A DNA stretch of 61,747 bases, filler included. It is 4 parts of 4 records of this genome, joined end to end, with 100 filler letters (N's around TTAATTAATTAA, not from the genome) between each part and the next. Parts side by side here need not be neighbours in the genome. Positions count along the whole stretch, not along the records: positions 1 to 25,425 come from SRR31156797_21667; 3 more parts are not named here. One strand, written 5' to 3'. Numbering within the stretch: position 1 is the first letter of the stretch; each line of letters begins with the position of its first letter. Below are positions 9,510-18,233 of the stretch, in pieces. The notes below the pieces were generated by a model. It saw only the letters and a list, made by a program, of their open reading frames with translations. It ran no database searches and was not told the origin of the DNA. The position numbers and the translations under genes were made by a program.

Positions 9510-9600
9510 AAAGCCAGAAAAGCCAAACCGCAGGTAACTGCGGGACGGAAAGCCACGAGTCCGGGAACGGGTCCCGGATGGTCGGGCTGCCTCAGGAAAG
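9510..9600 (+). ncRNA. c-di-GMP-I (GEMM-I) riboswitch
   Basis: AAGCCAAACCGCAG-GTAA-CTGCGGGACGGAAAGCCACGAGTCC...GGATGGTCGGGCTGCC shows P2 with a GNRA loop, the GAC bulge, AAAGCC junction and P3; it ends ~25 nt before the start of the major subunit gene. Confidence 0.88.
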
Positions 9601-9625
9601 TTCATTAACTTTTAGGAGGAAAAAA

Positions 9626-10543
9626 ATGAAAAAGCTTACTGGTCTTATCGCAGCAGCCGGAATCGCATTTGCCCCCATGTCTTCTTCAGCCCTTGAAGCC
9701 CTTACAGACAACGCCATGAACGATGTCACCGCCCAGGCCGGCGTCAGCATCGCCATTGATGATGTAGTTCTGTTCCAGAGCGTCGAATATACCAAATACA
9801 TTGATGAGGACGGTATCACCGAAACTCCGACCTGGCTGTACGAAGACTCAACGACTGCAACTGATCCCCAGTATGAAACAAGTGCTGATGCCGCCGCCCT
9901 GGTAATCGGTTCCAAAGAGACCCTGAAGGTCCTCAACGGCATCTGGACAGGCAAAGAGAATGCCGCTTCAGCTACAGCAGGTGAGCTAATGGCAAACGGA
10001 TGGGAAGGTACCGAGAATTTTGGCGCCACCGGTTACCTGAACAAAGACCTCAACCTCGACGGTGTCTTTGATGTATTTGTTCCTTCCGAGCTCAAGATTG
10101 ATATAGGTACCTGTACAACTCTGTCCAGGGCAGCCCAGACCAAGCTTGGTATCGTTACAGCTGCTCATCTGGAAGACGGTTCCGGCAATATCGTTCTTGT
10201 TGATCCGGTTGAGGGTTACTTTATTGACGCCGACGGCGACGATGCCTTTGACGCCGGTGAAGCATTCGGCGGAACTCCGGTCACCATCCCCGATGCATAC
10301 CTCGTTAACGGTATTACCGCCAGCGGCGCCGCTCTTGACAGGGCCGACGCCACGGTTACTGGTGTCGTAATCGGTCTGCCCACACTTGAGATCACAACTA
10401 CTTCCGATTCCTATGATATCGGAGTCGAGATGGTTTCTCTTGATGACCAGAACCTGAACAGCGGCAAAAAGTTCATCAAGATCGAGAAGGGCGACAGCCT
10501 CATGGCCATCCTCGGTGGAAGACTTGAGATCGCTCCTCACTGA
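9626..10543 (+). CDS. DUF6160/FilA-like secreted protein; predicted major filament subunit
   Basis: Strong AGGAGG RBS, signal peptide, ALEALTDNAMNDVTAQAGVSIAID, GVVIGLPTLEI and terminal GGRLEIAPH; acidic, beta-rich composition; followed by hairpins. Confidence 0.78.
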   Translation: MKKLTGLIAAAGIAFAPMSSSALEALTDNAMNDVTAQAGVSIAIDDVVLFQSVEYTKYIDEDGITETPTWLYEDSTTATDPQYETSADAAALVIGSKETLKVLNGIWTGKENAASATAGELMANGWEGTENFGATGYLNKDLNLDGVFDVFVPSELKIDIGTCTTLSRAAQTKLGIVTAAHLEDGSGNIVLVDPVEGYFIDADGDDAFDAGEAFGGTPVTIPDAYLVNGITASGAALDRADATVTGVVIGLPTLEITTTSDSYDIGVEMVSLDDQNLNSGKKFIKIEKGDSLMAILGGRLEIAPH

Positions 10544-10600
10544 TCCCATTGATATGCCGGGAATATCCTGAATATTCCGGATAATACTCAATAAGATCAC

Positions 10601-10640
10601 TCATCCCCTTCACCCCCAAAAGGTGAAGGGGATGATTCTT
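10601..10640 (+). terminator. 14-bp hairpin after the major subunit gene (attenuator or mRNA stabiliser)
   Basis: TCATCCCCTTCACC-CCCAAAA-GGTGAAGGGGATGA followed by TTCTT; a second hairpin lies at 10557-10580. Confidence 0.7.
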
Positions 10641-10704
10641 ATCTCCCCCAGAAAAACAGCTTGAAGCCCCATGGCAACAGGTTTTTTCGACACCGGAGGT
10701 GATG

Positions 10705-11736
10705 ATGATCAAAATGAAACATATTCCAAAAGCCGCAATGGCTGCAATGACCGCAATGGCAGTACTGCTCTCCGGCGTCTGCGAAGCCGTTGCCCTGGAA
10801 AGGATGACCGACCGGGAGATGAATGGGGTCACGGCCCAGGGGGGGATCACCCTGGCCCTGGATGAGGTCATGGTTTTGAATTACATCCCTTCCCTGACGT
10901 TAAGGGATATTGGAACCCTTGACAGCCAGGGCGGTTCACTGACCGACGGATATTTGACCGGTGAACTCGAATCCCTTTTTTCCGCGGATCTGACCTTCAG
11001 TCTGGATATTGGAAGTTATGATCCGGAGGGGCCTTTGCTTTTTTACGGAACCAGCGGAGATATCACCGGTATCAAGGTTTCCCAGGAGAGCGGTGAGGCC
11101 GGTTTTTCTTACTCCTACGAAGATATCTGTGTCTGGAACCATCAACTTGGGATGACAGGGACAGATCCCGGAGAGACCCATCTGGGTGATTTCTCCGTGG
11201 CAAATGCAACCCTTCTGGACTCCCGGTTTACCCTTTTTCCGCCTGATGAAGGGGGGAGCTCCGGCATACGGATGCTTGCGGAATTTCAAAAAAGTGTCGA
11301 TTCCATCACGTTTTCCACACAGGACGGAAGCGAGGACGATTTTGTCATTTCCGGTGTGATGATCGGCGGAACCTTTTCCGGGGCCGATCTTCCGGAGAAC
11401 AATCAGGGGTCCGCTCCCATTGATACCTCTTCCTGGGCCTTTGACGAAAACATGTTCAGGTTCGGGATTCCCCACCATGAAGGAGACCCGGCCGGCATGG
11501 CAGCCCATGAAAATACAACCCTTTCTTTCGCAATTGACGCCTCCGGTGCCCCGAGGGAGCTAGGGGACGGAAGCATGTATGTTGCGCCCCACCTTGCCAT
11601 CCAGGCGCCCATGGAAGGCTCCTTCCGGATGCAAAGCGTCTCCTCGGGGGATTTTGATTACGGGCCCATTGCCATTGACGGTATCCGTTTGTACAAAAAC
11701 CTGATCGAATTTCCGGGCAGGGGCATAGGAAACTGA
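10705..11736 (+). CDS. DUF6160/FilA-like secreted protein (minor subunit candidate)
   Basis: Signal peptide, then ALERMTDREMNGVTAQGGITLALD; C-terminal YGPIAIDGIRL. Confidence 0.7.
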   Translation: MIKMKHIPKAAMAAMTAMAVLLSGVCEAVALERMTDREMNGVTAQGGITLALDEVMVLNYIPSLTLRDIGTLDSQGGSLTDGYLTGELESLFSADLTFSLDIGSYDPEGPLLFYGTSGDITGIKVSQESGEAGFSYSYEDICVWNHQLGMTGTDPGETHLGDFSVANATLLDSRFTLFPPDEGGSSGIRMLAEFQKSVDSITFSTQDGSEDDFVISGVMIGGTFSGADLPENNQGSAPIDTSSWAFDENMFRFGIPHHEGDPAGMAAHENTTLSFAIDASGAPRELGDGSMYVAPHLAIQAPMEGSFRMQSVSSGDFDYGPIAIDGIRLYKNLIEFPGRGIGN

Positions 11737-11773
11737 ATTAACCTTAAAAAGAAGGTGATTGAAAAGGAAGATC

Positions 11774-12451
11774 ATGAAAACGATAGGCCCCATACATATA
11801 ATAGCGGTCGTTCTTTCCTTTTTTCTTATTTTTGGCGGGCCCGCCGTTTCGATGGCCCAACTCCGGAAGATGAATGACCGGGAGATGAACCGGGTAACAG
11901 GCCAGGGAACCACCAACCTGTATATTGAAGAGAACACGGTCCGGCTCTTTTTGGACGTTCACACGGAAACCTACGGGGAAATCGACTCCATCAAGGCCGG
12001 ATACTACGAAAAAACAATTGAGGGCGACACCCATTACGGCTGGGACACGAACTGGACCGGCGTCACCCTTGGGGAGAGCTACGATAAACCACTGGTTATG
12101 GACGGGCTCATCTTTCGGGTGGAGTTTGATGATATCAACGCCCAGACCAAAAAGCTGACCCGTATCATGGTGGGCACGAACAATATGGCCGGGCAGATCT
12201 CCGGCTCATTCAACTCAACCACCGGGGCTGTAAATCCCAATGTCATCGATCCCCTCCAGAATGGCGATCCGCCCATGGTGATGAACAGGCACGAAGGCCT
12301 GACAGGACCTTTGAACATCAACGGCGGATTTTTCTTTGAGCTCAACCTGGACAGCGCGAGCCCGGACCGGGGCATGAGGACCATCATCGGATACCCGGAG
12401 GCGGCGGCTGTCAACATGACCTTCAGCGGTACGGATTGGTGGCAGGAGTGA
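11774..12451 (+). CDS. DUF6160-like secreted protein (minor subunit candidate)
   Basis: Signal peptide, then AQLRKMNDREMNRVTGQGT; beta-rich body. Confidence 0.65.
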   Translation: MKTIGPIHIIAVVLSFFLIFGGPAVSMAQLRKMNDREMNRVTGQGTTNLYIEENTVRLFLDVHTETYGEIDSIKAGYYEKTIEGDTHYGWDTNWTGVTLGESYDKPLVMDGLIFRVEFDDINAQTKKLTRIMVGTNNMAGQISGSFNSTTGAVNPNVIDPLQNGDPPMVMNRHEGLTGPLNINGGFFFELNLDSASPDRGMRTIIGYPEAAAVNMTFSGTDWWQE

Positions 12452-12566
12452 TTTCATATTGTCACGACTTTTTCTTAACTGTGATTTTATCACCTGACAG
12501 TGATCTTTTAACATTACAGTGTTTTTTTTGCTTTACAAAGTACCCATCCCGTGTATATAGATAATC

Positions 12567-13316
12567 ATGCATGTAATCATAGCCGCAGCCATATTGACCG
12601 CGTTAATTACAACCTTCTCCCCCCGGGCCGATATCCCGGAGTTGCAGGTCAATATGGCGTCCCACGAGAACTCCCTCATTCGATTCCGGGAAGATGTCAG
12701 ACCCAGGGAAAAATTCGTCTTCGACCGCATTGTGAAGCAGGAACACGATTTCTCCTGCGGCTCCGCGGCCCTTGCCACCCTTCTTAACTACGGCCTTGGC
12801 GAAAACTTAAGTGAAAAACAGGTGATTCGGGGGCTGATGAAGCACGGGGACAAGGAGCAGATAAAAAGACTCCGTGCCTTCTCCCTGTTGGACATGAAAC
12901 GGTTGTGCCAAGTTCTTGGCTACGAGGGCGCCGGGTACAAGGCTGAGATGGAAGATATCGAGAATTCAGAATACTGGCCGTGCATCGTTCCTATCAAATT
13001 GTTCGAATACAGGCACTTTGTCGTCCTGAAGGGCGTCCATGACGGTCATGTCTTTCTGGCGGATCCATTTCGCGGGAACATAAGCTACTCCATGCAGCAA
13101 TTCAAAGATTCCTGGTACGAGAATGTCATATTCCTCGTGACTTCCGAAAAACTGAAGACAACCAAGAACATGCTCAAGCTGACCCGGAGCGATCTTCGTT
13201 ATATTTCAGAGGATACGGCCTGGGATATGATCAAGAACAGACCCAAACCAATAGAATTTCCCGTTTATTTTGAACGGGACGACATACCGGGAGAAAAGCA
13301 ATTTTATAGACCCTAA
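12567..13316 (+). CDS. Stand-alone periplasmic C39 cysteine peptidase (FapD/FilB-like)
   Basis: QEHDFSCGSAALATLL (catalytic Cys), FSLLDMK, HFVV (His), LADP (Asp); N-terminal signal; no ABC domain. Confidence 0.9.
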   Translation: MHVIIAAAILTALITTFSPRADIPELQVNMASHENSLIRFREDVRPREKFVFDRIVKQEHDFSCGSAALATLLNYGLGENLSEKQVIRGLMKHGDKEQIKRLRAFSLLDMKRLCQVLGYEGAGYKAEMEDIENSEYWPCIVPIKLFEYRHFVVLKGVHDGHVFLADPFRGNISYSMQQFKDSWYENVIFLVTSEKLKTTKNMLKLTRSDLRYISEDTAWDMIKNRPKPIEFPVYFERDDIPGEKQFYRP

Positions 13317-13337
13317 CAATGAAACGGAGAAGGCACA

Positions 13338-14912
13338 TTGGATCTGAAAGTTCGAATTACCCTGATTTCTGTCTTTTTGATTTGTTTCGCAATGAATCCT
13401 GCCCACACCCGCGGTCAAGAATGCGAAATCCAATTTGGCGCATTCTTAATCCAAGACAACGCCGAACGCCTTAAAAACGATCTCCTGGAGATCGCCCCCG
13501 ATGCCTATCTCATCGAAATAAACACAAACGACAACCAGTTGTTTTACTCCGTCCGGGTCGGACCTTATCCCGGATACGGGGAGGCTGTCGAAAAACTGGA
13601 CGCCCTTAAAACAAAGGACGCTTCCCTTGAAGCCATGATCATGTTGAAGGAAACGTTTTCCAAGGCATCCGAGGCGGTTCAGGAGCAGCTTCCTGAAAAA
13701 CAGGCCGAAGCCCCGGTTCCTCCTCCAACGCCGGTCCCAACCCCAACCCCGGCCCCGGTCCCGGCCCCGGTCCCGGCCGCCGAGGACACTGTCAGTGAAG
13801 ACACCGGCGACACCCTGTGGGAGGAGTCCGGAAACGAACTGGCCTGGGAGGATGCACCTGGCGAGACACCCTGGGGCAGTGACGACGCAGATTCCGGTGA
13901 GGGGATGTCCCAAGACAAAGCCGGTTCCCCTGTCTCACCCGGGCAATCTCCCGGCATCCAGGCCCTCGAGGAGGAGATAGACGAACTCAAGGCACAGGTC
14001 AAAACCCTGCTTGACGCGGAAGAGATCCGGGGAGAACTCCAGGAGACCAAAGAGGAGAAGAAAGACAGGGACGAAGATATCCTCGAGGCGGCAGGCAGAA
14101 ATTACACCCTCATGAGGAAAGGGGGCTTCGGGTTTGAGTACATGCTCGGCTACACCTACTACGCCTATGACACCATCACCGAAATCAACGTTATTGAACA
14201 CAACAGCAACCACACCATCAGAAATACGTTTACCATTGAATATCCCATGCGGGACAACCTGACCCTTGAAGCATCCATTCCTTTTGTTTACGAGTACGAT
14301 GCCGTGGGCAGCGATGATTCAAAACATGTCACCGACTTCGGAGATGTGAGCTTCGGTGCCAGTTTTCAGCCCATCAAGTCCGGGGGGAAAATTCCTTCCA
14401 TGATTTTCAACGCCACCTTGACCTGCCCCATGGGACGCAGTCCTTATGAGGTAAACCCGGAAGAGGATCTCTCAACCGGCTCCGGCGGCTACTCCCTGGA
14501 GGGGAGTGTCTCCTTGAGCAAGGCCATCGACCCGATCATGGCATTCGGAACCCTGTTTTATAATTACCGGTTTCCCATAAAAAACCTGGACTACAAAATC
14601 GGGTCCCACACCCTTGAAAGGTACGATCGGGGCGACTCCGTGGGGTTCAGTGTGGGGTTGGGGTACTCGGTTTCCTATATCACCTCGGTCACACTGGGAT
14701 ACTCCTATTCCTACGCATTCCAATCCAAGAGATACTACAGGGATTATGGGGCCCAGGATTACGCAACCCAGACCTCTTCCAGTCTTTCCATCGGATCCTC
14801 CTGGAGACTTTCCGACAAGCTAAGGATAAATATAAATCTTGGCATCGGACTCGGAAACAGCGAGCATTTTTCCCTTTCATGCAGAATTCCCATGGAGTTT
14901 GGACGTGATTAA
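13338..14912 (+). CDS. FapF/FilC-like outer-membrane transporter with an N-terminal SPOR domain
   Basis: Signal peptide; SPOR motifs (IQFGAF...NAERL...YSVRVGPY); Pro-rich linker; coiled coil; barrel with FGDVSFG, PMGRSPY, STGSGGY, IDPIMAFG. Confidence 0.8.
   Translation: MDLKVRITLISVFLICFAMNPAHTRGQECEIQFGAFLIQDNAERLKNDLLEIAPDAYLIEINTNDNQLFYSVRVGPYPGYGEAVEKLDALKTKDASLEAMIMLKETFSKASEAVQEQLPEKQAEAPVPPPTPVPTPTPAPVPAPVPAAEDTVSEDTGDTLWEESGNELAWEDAPGETPWGSDDADSGEGMSQDKAGSPVSPGQSPGIQALEEEIDELKAQVKTLLDAEEIRGELQETKEEKKDRDEDILEAAGRNYTLMRKGGFGFEYMLGYTYYAYDTITEINVIEHNSNHTIRNTFTIEYPMRDNLTLEASIPFVYEYDAVGSDDSKHVTDFGDVSFGASFQPIKSGGKIPSMIFNATLTCPMGRSPYEVNPEEDLSTGSGGYSLEGSVSLSKAIDPIMAFGTLFYNYRFPIKNLDYKIGSHTLERYDRGDSVGFSVGLGYSVSYITSVTLGYSYSYAFQSKRYYRDYGAQDYATQTSSSLSIGSSWRLSDKLRININLGIGLGNSEHFSLSCRIPMEFGRD
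13715..13780 (+). repeat. Short tandem repeats encoding a PV/PT/PA linker
   Basis: CCGGTCCCAACCCCAACCCCGGCCCCGGTCCCGGCCCCGGTCCCGGCC within the PVPPPTPVPTPTPAPVPAPVPA linker. Confidence 0.7.
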
Positions 14913-16668
14913 TCCAAGAGTTGGCATTCTGGTTCTGGTCCTGGTTCTGGAGTTGTTATCGGCCCGCACGGGGCTATGCGTCAGCAACGAGCAGATGGCA
15001 GTGGATGCCCGGGCCATCGCCCTGGCCAACACGGTGACAGCTGATCCGGCAACCTCCCTTCCCACCCATTACAACCCGGCCGGACTCTCCTGGGTTAACG
15101 ACGGAAAGATGCTGAGAAACACCTATGCGGTGCCGTTTCTAAAAAGAACCGGCAAATTCACGGCCGATGAGGACTACGAAGGACTCATGGGCGGTACCTG
15201 GGGGCCCAATGCTCCCTACAACCCGGATGATCCCTTGAGCGCCCATGGCGGTCCGGATCCCCTGGCCGGAACCAAGGGCACCAGCTCCTCCGGTCGAATG
15301 TACATCCCATTCTTCGGTCCCCTTGACTTCTCCATCGGATCCAGCATGGGGCTCTCCTCCAGGGCCAAGGATTCCAAATGGACCTTTGCCCATGCAAACT
15401 ATGCGCCCTATGGCGGCGGGATGACACATCGGGATGAGAACGATCCCCTGCGATTCAAGATGAAGTCGGCCTATGCCCAGCACCTAATCTATACGGCACC
15501 CACGGCAGCCCTGAAACTGACAGATACCCTGTCCGTGGGATTGGCCATGTGTTTTGGGCAGTCCGCCCTGGGCACGGAAATTGATTCCCGGTCACCCAAT
15601 GAACTGGTTGCCCTGCAGCGGGTTCTGGGGGACGCCACTAAAGACCTGAACATTCCCTATATCTCCCAGGAGACCATGCCGCCCCCATGGTATGGCGGCG
15701 GCAGCGGGCCCTACGAATACAATGTCCGTGGCAAGTTCAATATCAGGGACGACTTTTCACCGTCATTCAATCTGGGGCTTCTCTGGCGTCCCCACAGTTG
15801 GTTCTCCTTTGGCCTTTGCTACCAAAGCGCCATAAAATCGGAGATGAGAGGGGATTACTTCTTTGAATACAGTGAGCAGTACCGGAGAACTGTGGACTGG
15901 AACGCCAGTTCAAACCAGACCATGCAGTCTGCCGGTATGCTGGACCTGCCCATAAAATCGGTTCCCAACCAGTCAGGCACGGTGACCGGAACGGTGCGCT
16001 ATCCCCAGAGGGTGCAGACCGGTATCATGGTCAAGCCCACGGAAAAGCTAAAGCTTCTTTTTGACGTACACTGGGCAGACTGGTCCGTCAATAAACAGGA
16101 CCATTTTAAATTTGACCAGAAAATCCATCCTCTCCAGTCTGCAAAGCTGTTGGGGGCTAAGGGTGGAGACAGCGGCATCATAGTTGACAGGGACATGAAA
16201 GATACCTGGCACTGGAGTGTGGGCGCTGAATACCAGCTCACGGAAAAACTCTGTCTCAGGGCCGGGTATGAGAGAAGGCCCACTTCCCATCAGAAGCACC
16301 TGTTTGACACAGGCTCCATGCCCGATGCAGACTTCCTCGGCTGCGGCATAGGGATTCGGCAAGCCAAGAACATGAGGCTGGATCTCAGTTTCGGCTATCT
16401 TTACTACAGGGATTATAAGGTCCCCAACAATACCAGCGCCAACTTCAACTCCACCATATTCACCGATATCGGAAGCCCCTATGCCGGCCTTGACTATGAG
16501 CAGGATTTAACCGTGAAGATCTTTTCCATCGGCATCTCCATGCCACTGGAAGAACAGGGCCGGAGGATCTCAAAGCTTGTAAATCTAGTTTCCCTGCCGG
16601 TTCGTGTGGTGGGGAAACTAGCCAGTTTAATCAACCCGTTTCATAAGGATGACGCACATGAAGGTTAA
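14905..16668 (+). CDS. OmpP1/FadL/TodX-family outer-membrane barrel (FilD-like)
   Basis: ARAIALANTVTAD...HYNPAGL plug motif, FNLGLLW, DVHWADWS, KDTWHWSVGAEY, LRAGYERR; GTG start with GGAG. Confidence 0.85.
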   Translation: MINPRVGILVLVLVLELLSARTGLCVSNEQMAVDARAIALANTVTADPATSLPTHYNPAGLSWVNDGKMLRNTYAVPFLKRTGKFTADEDYEGLMGGTWGPNAPYNPDDPLSAHGGPDPLAGTKGTSSSGRMYIPFFGPLDFSIGSSMGLSSRAKDSKWTFAHANYAPYGGGMTHRDENDPLRFKMKSAYAQHLIYTAPTAALKLTDTLSVGLAMCFGQSALGTEIDSRSPNELVALQRVLGDATKDLNIPYISQETMPPPWYGGGSGPYEYNVRGKFNIRDDFSPSFNLGLLWRPHSWFSFGLCYQSAIKSEMRGDYFFEYSEQYRRTVDWNASSNQTMQSAGMLDLPIKSVPNQSGTVTGTVRYPQRVQTGIMVKPTEKLKLLFDVHWADWSVNKQDHFKFDQKIHPLQSAKLLGAKGGDSGIIVDRDMKDTWHWSVGAEYQLTEKLCLRAGYERRPTSHQKHLFDTGSMPDADFLGCGIGIRQAKNMRLDLSFGYLYYRDYKVPNNTSANFNSTIFTDIGSPYAGLDYEQDLTVKIFSIGISMPLEEQGRRISKLVNLVSLPVRVVGKLASLINPFHKDDAHEG

Positions 16669-18184
16669 ATTGTCAACCCTTGGGGTGGCCGGGTCTTTTT
16701 TTCTCGCCATGCTAATGGGGCCTTTCAATGCAGGTTCAACGGTATCAGCCGGAAATTTTGAAGAAAAGGCGGTGGTCATCGGCTCGGCCACGGATAATGA
16801 GGTCCTGTTCATTGAATCCATCCGGATCAGCAAACAGGACTCAAGTCACTTCGCCTTTTTGAAAAAAAGAGACGATCTCATGTTCGTCACCACCGATGGT
16901 GTGGAAGGGCCGGGGTATGAGAATATCGCCAGGGGAACCCCCATTTTCAATCAAGACGGCTCCAGGTATGCCTATATCGCCTATCGTGGGGATAAAGTCT
17001 TTATAGTGACCAACGGAAAGGAGCAGCCTGAATTCAGCGGCCTGGACAGGCTGACCTTCAGCCCTGACGGGAAACGCCTGGTTTACAGGGCAAAGATTCG
17101 GGATAAGCAGGCCCTGGTTGAAGACGGAAAGATCATAGCCTCCTTTGACGGCATCAAGGATGCCCCTGTTTTCAGCCCTGATTCAAAACATCTGGCGTTT
17201 CTTGGGGTCAACGGAAAAAAGGTTTCTGTTTTACTCAACGGCAAGGTGATCATGAAAAATCTTGATAACGCCAAGGATATCACCTTCAGCCCCGATTCCA
17301 GGCACCTGGCCTTTGCAATCAAGAGAAAAGATAAATGGTATCTGGCCAAGGATAAAAAGATATCCAAAACCGGGTATGAAAACATCCAGGACTTGAAATT
17401 CAGCCCGGATTCAAAACGATTCGTCCATGCCGCCCAGGACAAGAATCAATTGTTTTATGTTGAGAACGATCAGGAGATGCCCAGGTTTCTTACCGTGGGC
17501 AGCCTTGTCTTCAGTCCGGATTCAAAACGGCTTGCCTATGCGGGCATGTCCGGAGAAGAAGAATGGCGGGCCGTCCTGGATGGCAGCCAGGGGCCGGAAC
17601 TGGCTCAACTTGGTTTTTTAACCTTTAGTCCCGATTCCACACGCTTTGCCTATTCGGGTCTTACAAAGGAAGACAAAGGGGCGCTGGTAGAGGATAACAC
17701 AGAAGTTCACTACTTTGACTCCGCGACCAAGCCCGTGTTCAGCCCGGATTCAAAACATCTGGCCTGCCGGGTACGGTCCGGGAAATACTGGCAGATGTTT
17801 TTTGACGGGGCTCCGGGGGACAAGTACCAACTGGTTCAGGAGCCTGTTTTCAGTTCCGATTCCAAATCACTTGCCTACACCGCCATAGAGTCAGAGAAAA
17901 TGCGGGTGGTCAAAAACGGAAAGTCAGGGAAGCTGTTTGCCGAGGTCGGGTCCCCCTGGTTCAGCCCGGATGGAACCCACATGGCCTATCCCGCAATGGT
18001 GGAGGAGGGTAAATGGCATCTTGTTTTTGACGGACAGGTTCAAAAGCAGGTTTTCAACGGATTCTTAAAAGGTTCCTCCATTGTTTTCGGTGACAACTCC
18101 TGCCACACATTCGCCCTGGAAATAGGTGATGCTAAAGCGGATAAAAAGCTGACCTTCTATAGATACGAGCTCCTGTTCAACTGA
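16658..18184 (+). CDS. Secreted PD40/TolB-like beta-propeller repeat protein
   Basis: Signal peptide; about 10 repeats of ~37-38 aa with F-S-P-D-[SG]-[KRT]-[HR]-[LF]-A. Confidence 0.8.
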   Translation: MKVKLSTLGVAGSFFLAMLMGPFNAGSTVSAGNFEEKAVVIGSATDNEVLFIESIRISKQDSSHFAFLKKRDDLMFVTTDGVEGPGYENIARGTPIFNQDGSRYAYIAYRGDKVFIVTNGKEQPEFSGLDRLTFSPDGKRLVYRAKIRDKQALVEDGKIIASFDGIKDAPVFSPDSKHLAFLGVNGKKVSVLLNGKVIMKNLDNAKDITFSPDSRHLAFAIKRKDKWYLAKDKKISKTGYENIQDLKFSPDSKRFVHAAQDKNQLFYVENDQEMPRFLTVGSLVFSPDSKRLAYAGMSGEEEWRAVLDGSQGPELAQLGFLTFSPDSTRFAYSGLTKEDKGALVEDNTEVHYFDSATKPVFSPDSKHLACRVRSGKYWQMFFDGAPGDKYQLVQEPVFSSDSKSLAYTAIESEKMRVVKNGKSGKLFAEVGSPWFSPDGTHMAYPAMVEEGKWHLVFDGQVQKQVFNGFLKGSSIVFGDNSCHTFALEIGDAKADKKLTFYRYELLFN

Positions 18185-18233
18185 TTGATTGCGGTGCGAC
18201 GCTGATGATGACCCTAATATACGGAATTGATGC

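Noticed and set aside
9238-9605. Short ORFs 9238-9537 (+) and 9354-9605 (-), and the many antisense ORFs across the window
   Set aside because: They overlap the riboswitch leader or well-supported genes and show no RBS or recognisable motifs; treated as shadow ORFs.
9626-12451. Bacteriocin/RiPP precursors or Fap/curli amyloid subunits
   Set aside because: They carry Sec signals and 200-320 aa bodies, with no ABC exporter or modification enzymes and no Asn/Gln-rich amyloid repeats; only the leader logic is shared.
12480-12494. TGTGA-TTTTA-TCACC as a CRP/FNR site
   Set aside because: The spacer is 5 bp instead of 6 and there is a single imperfect copy.
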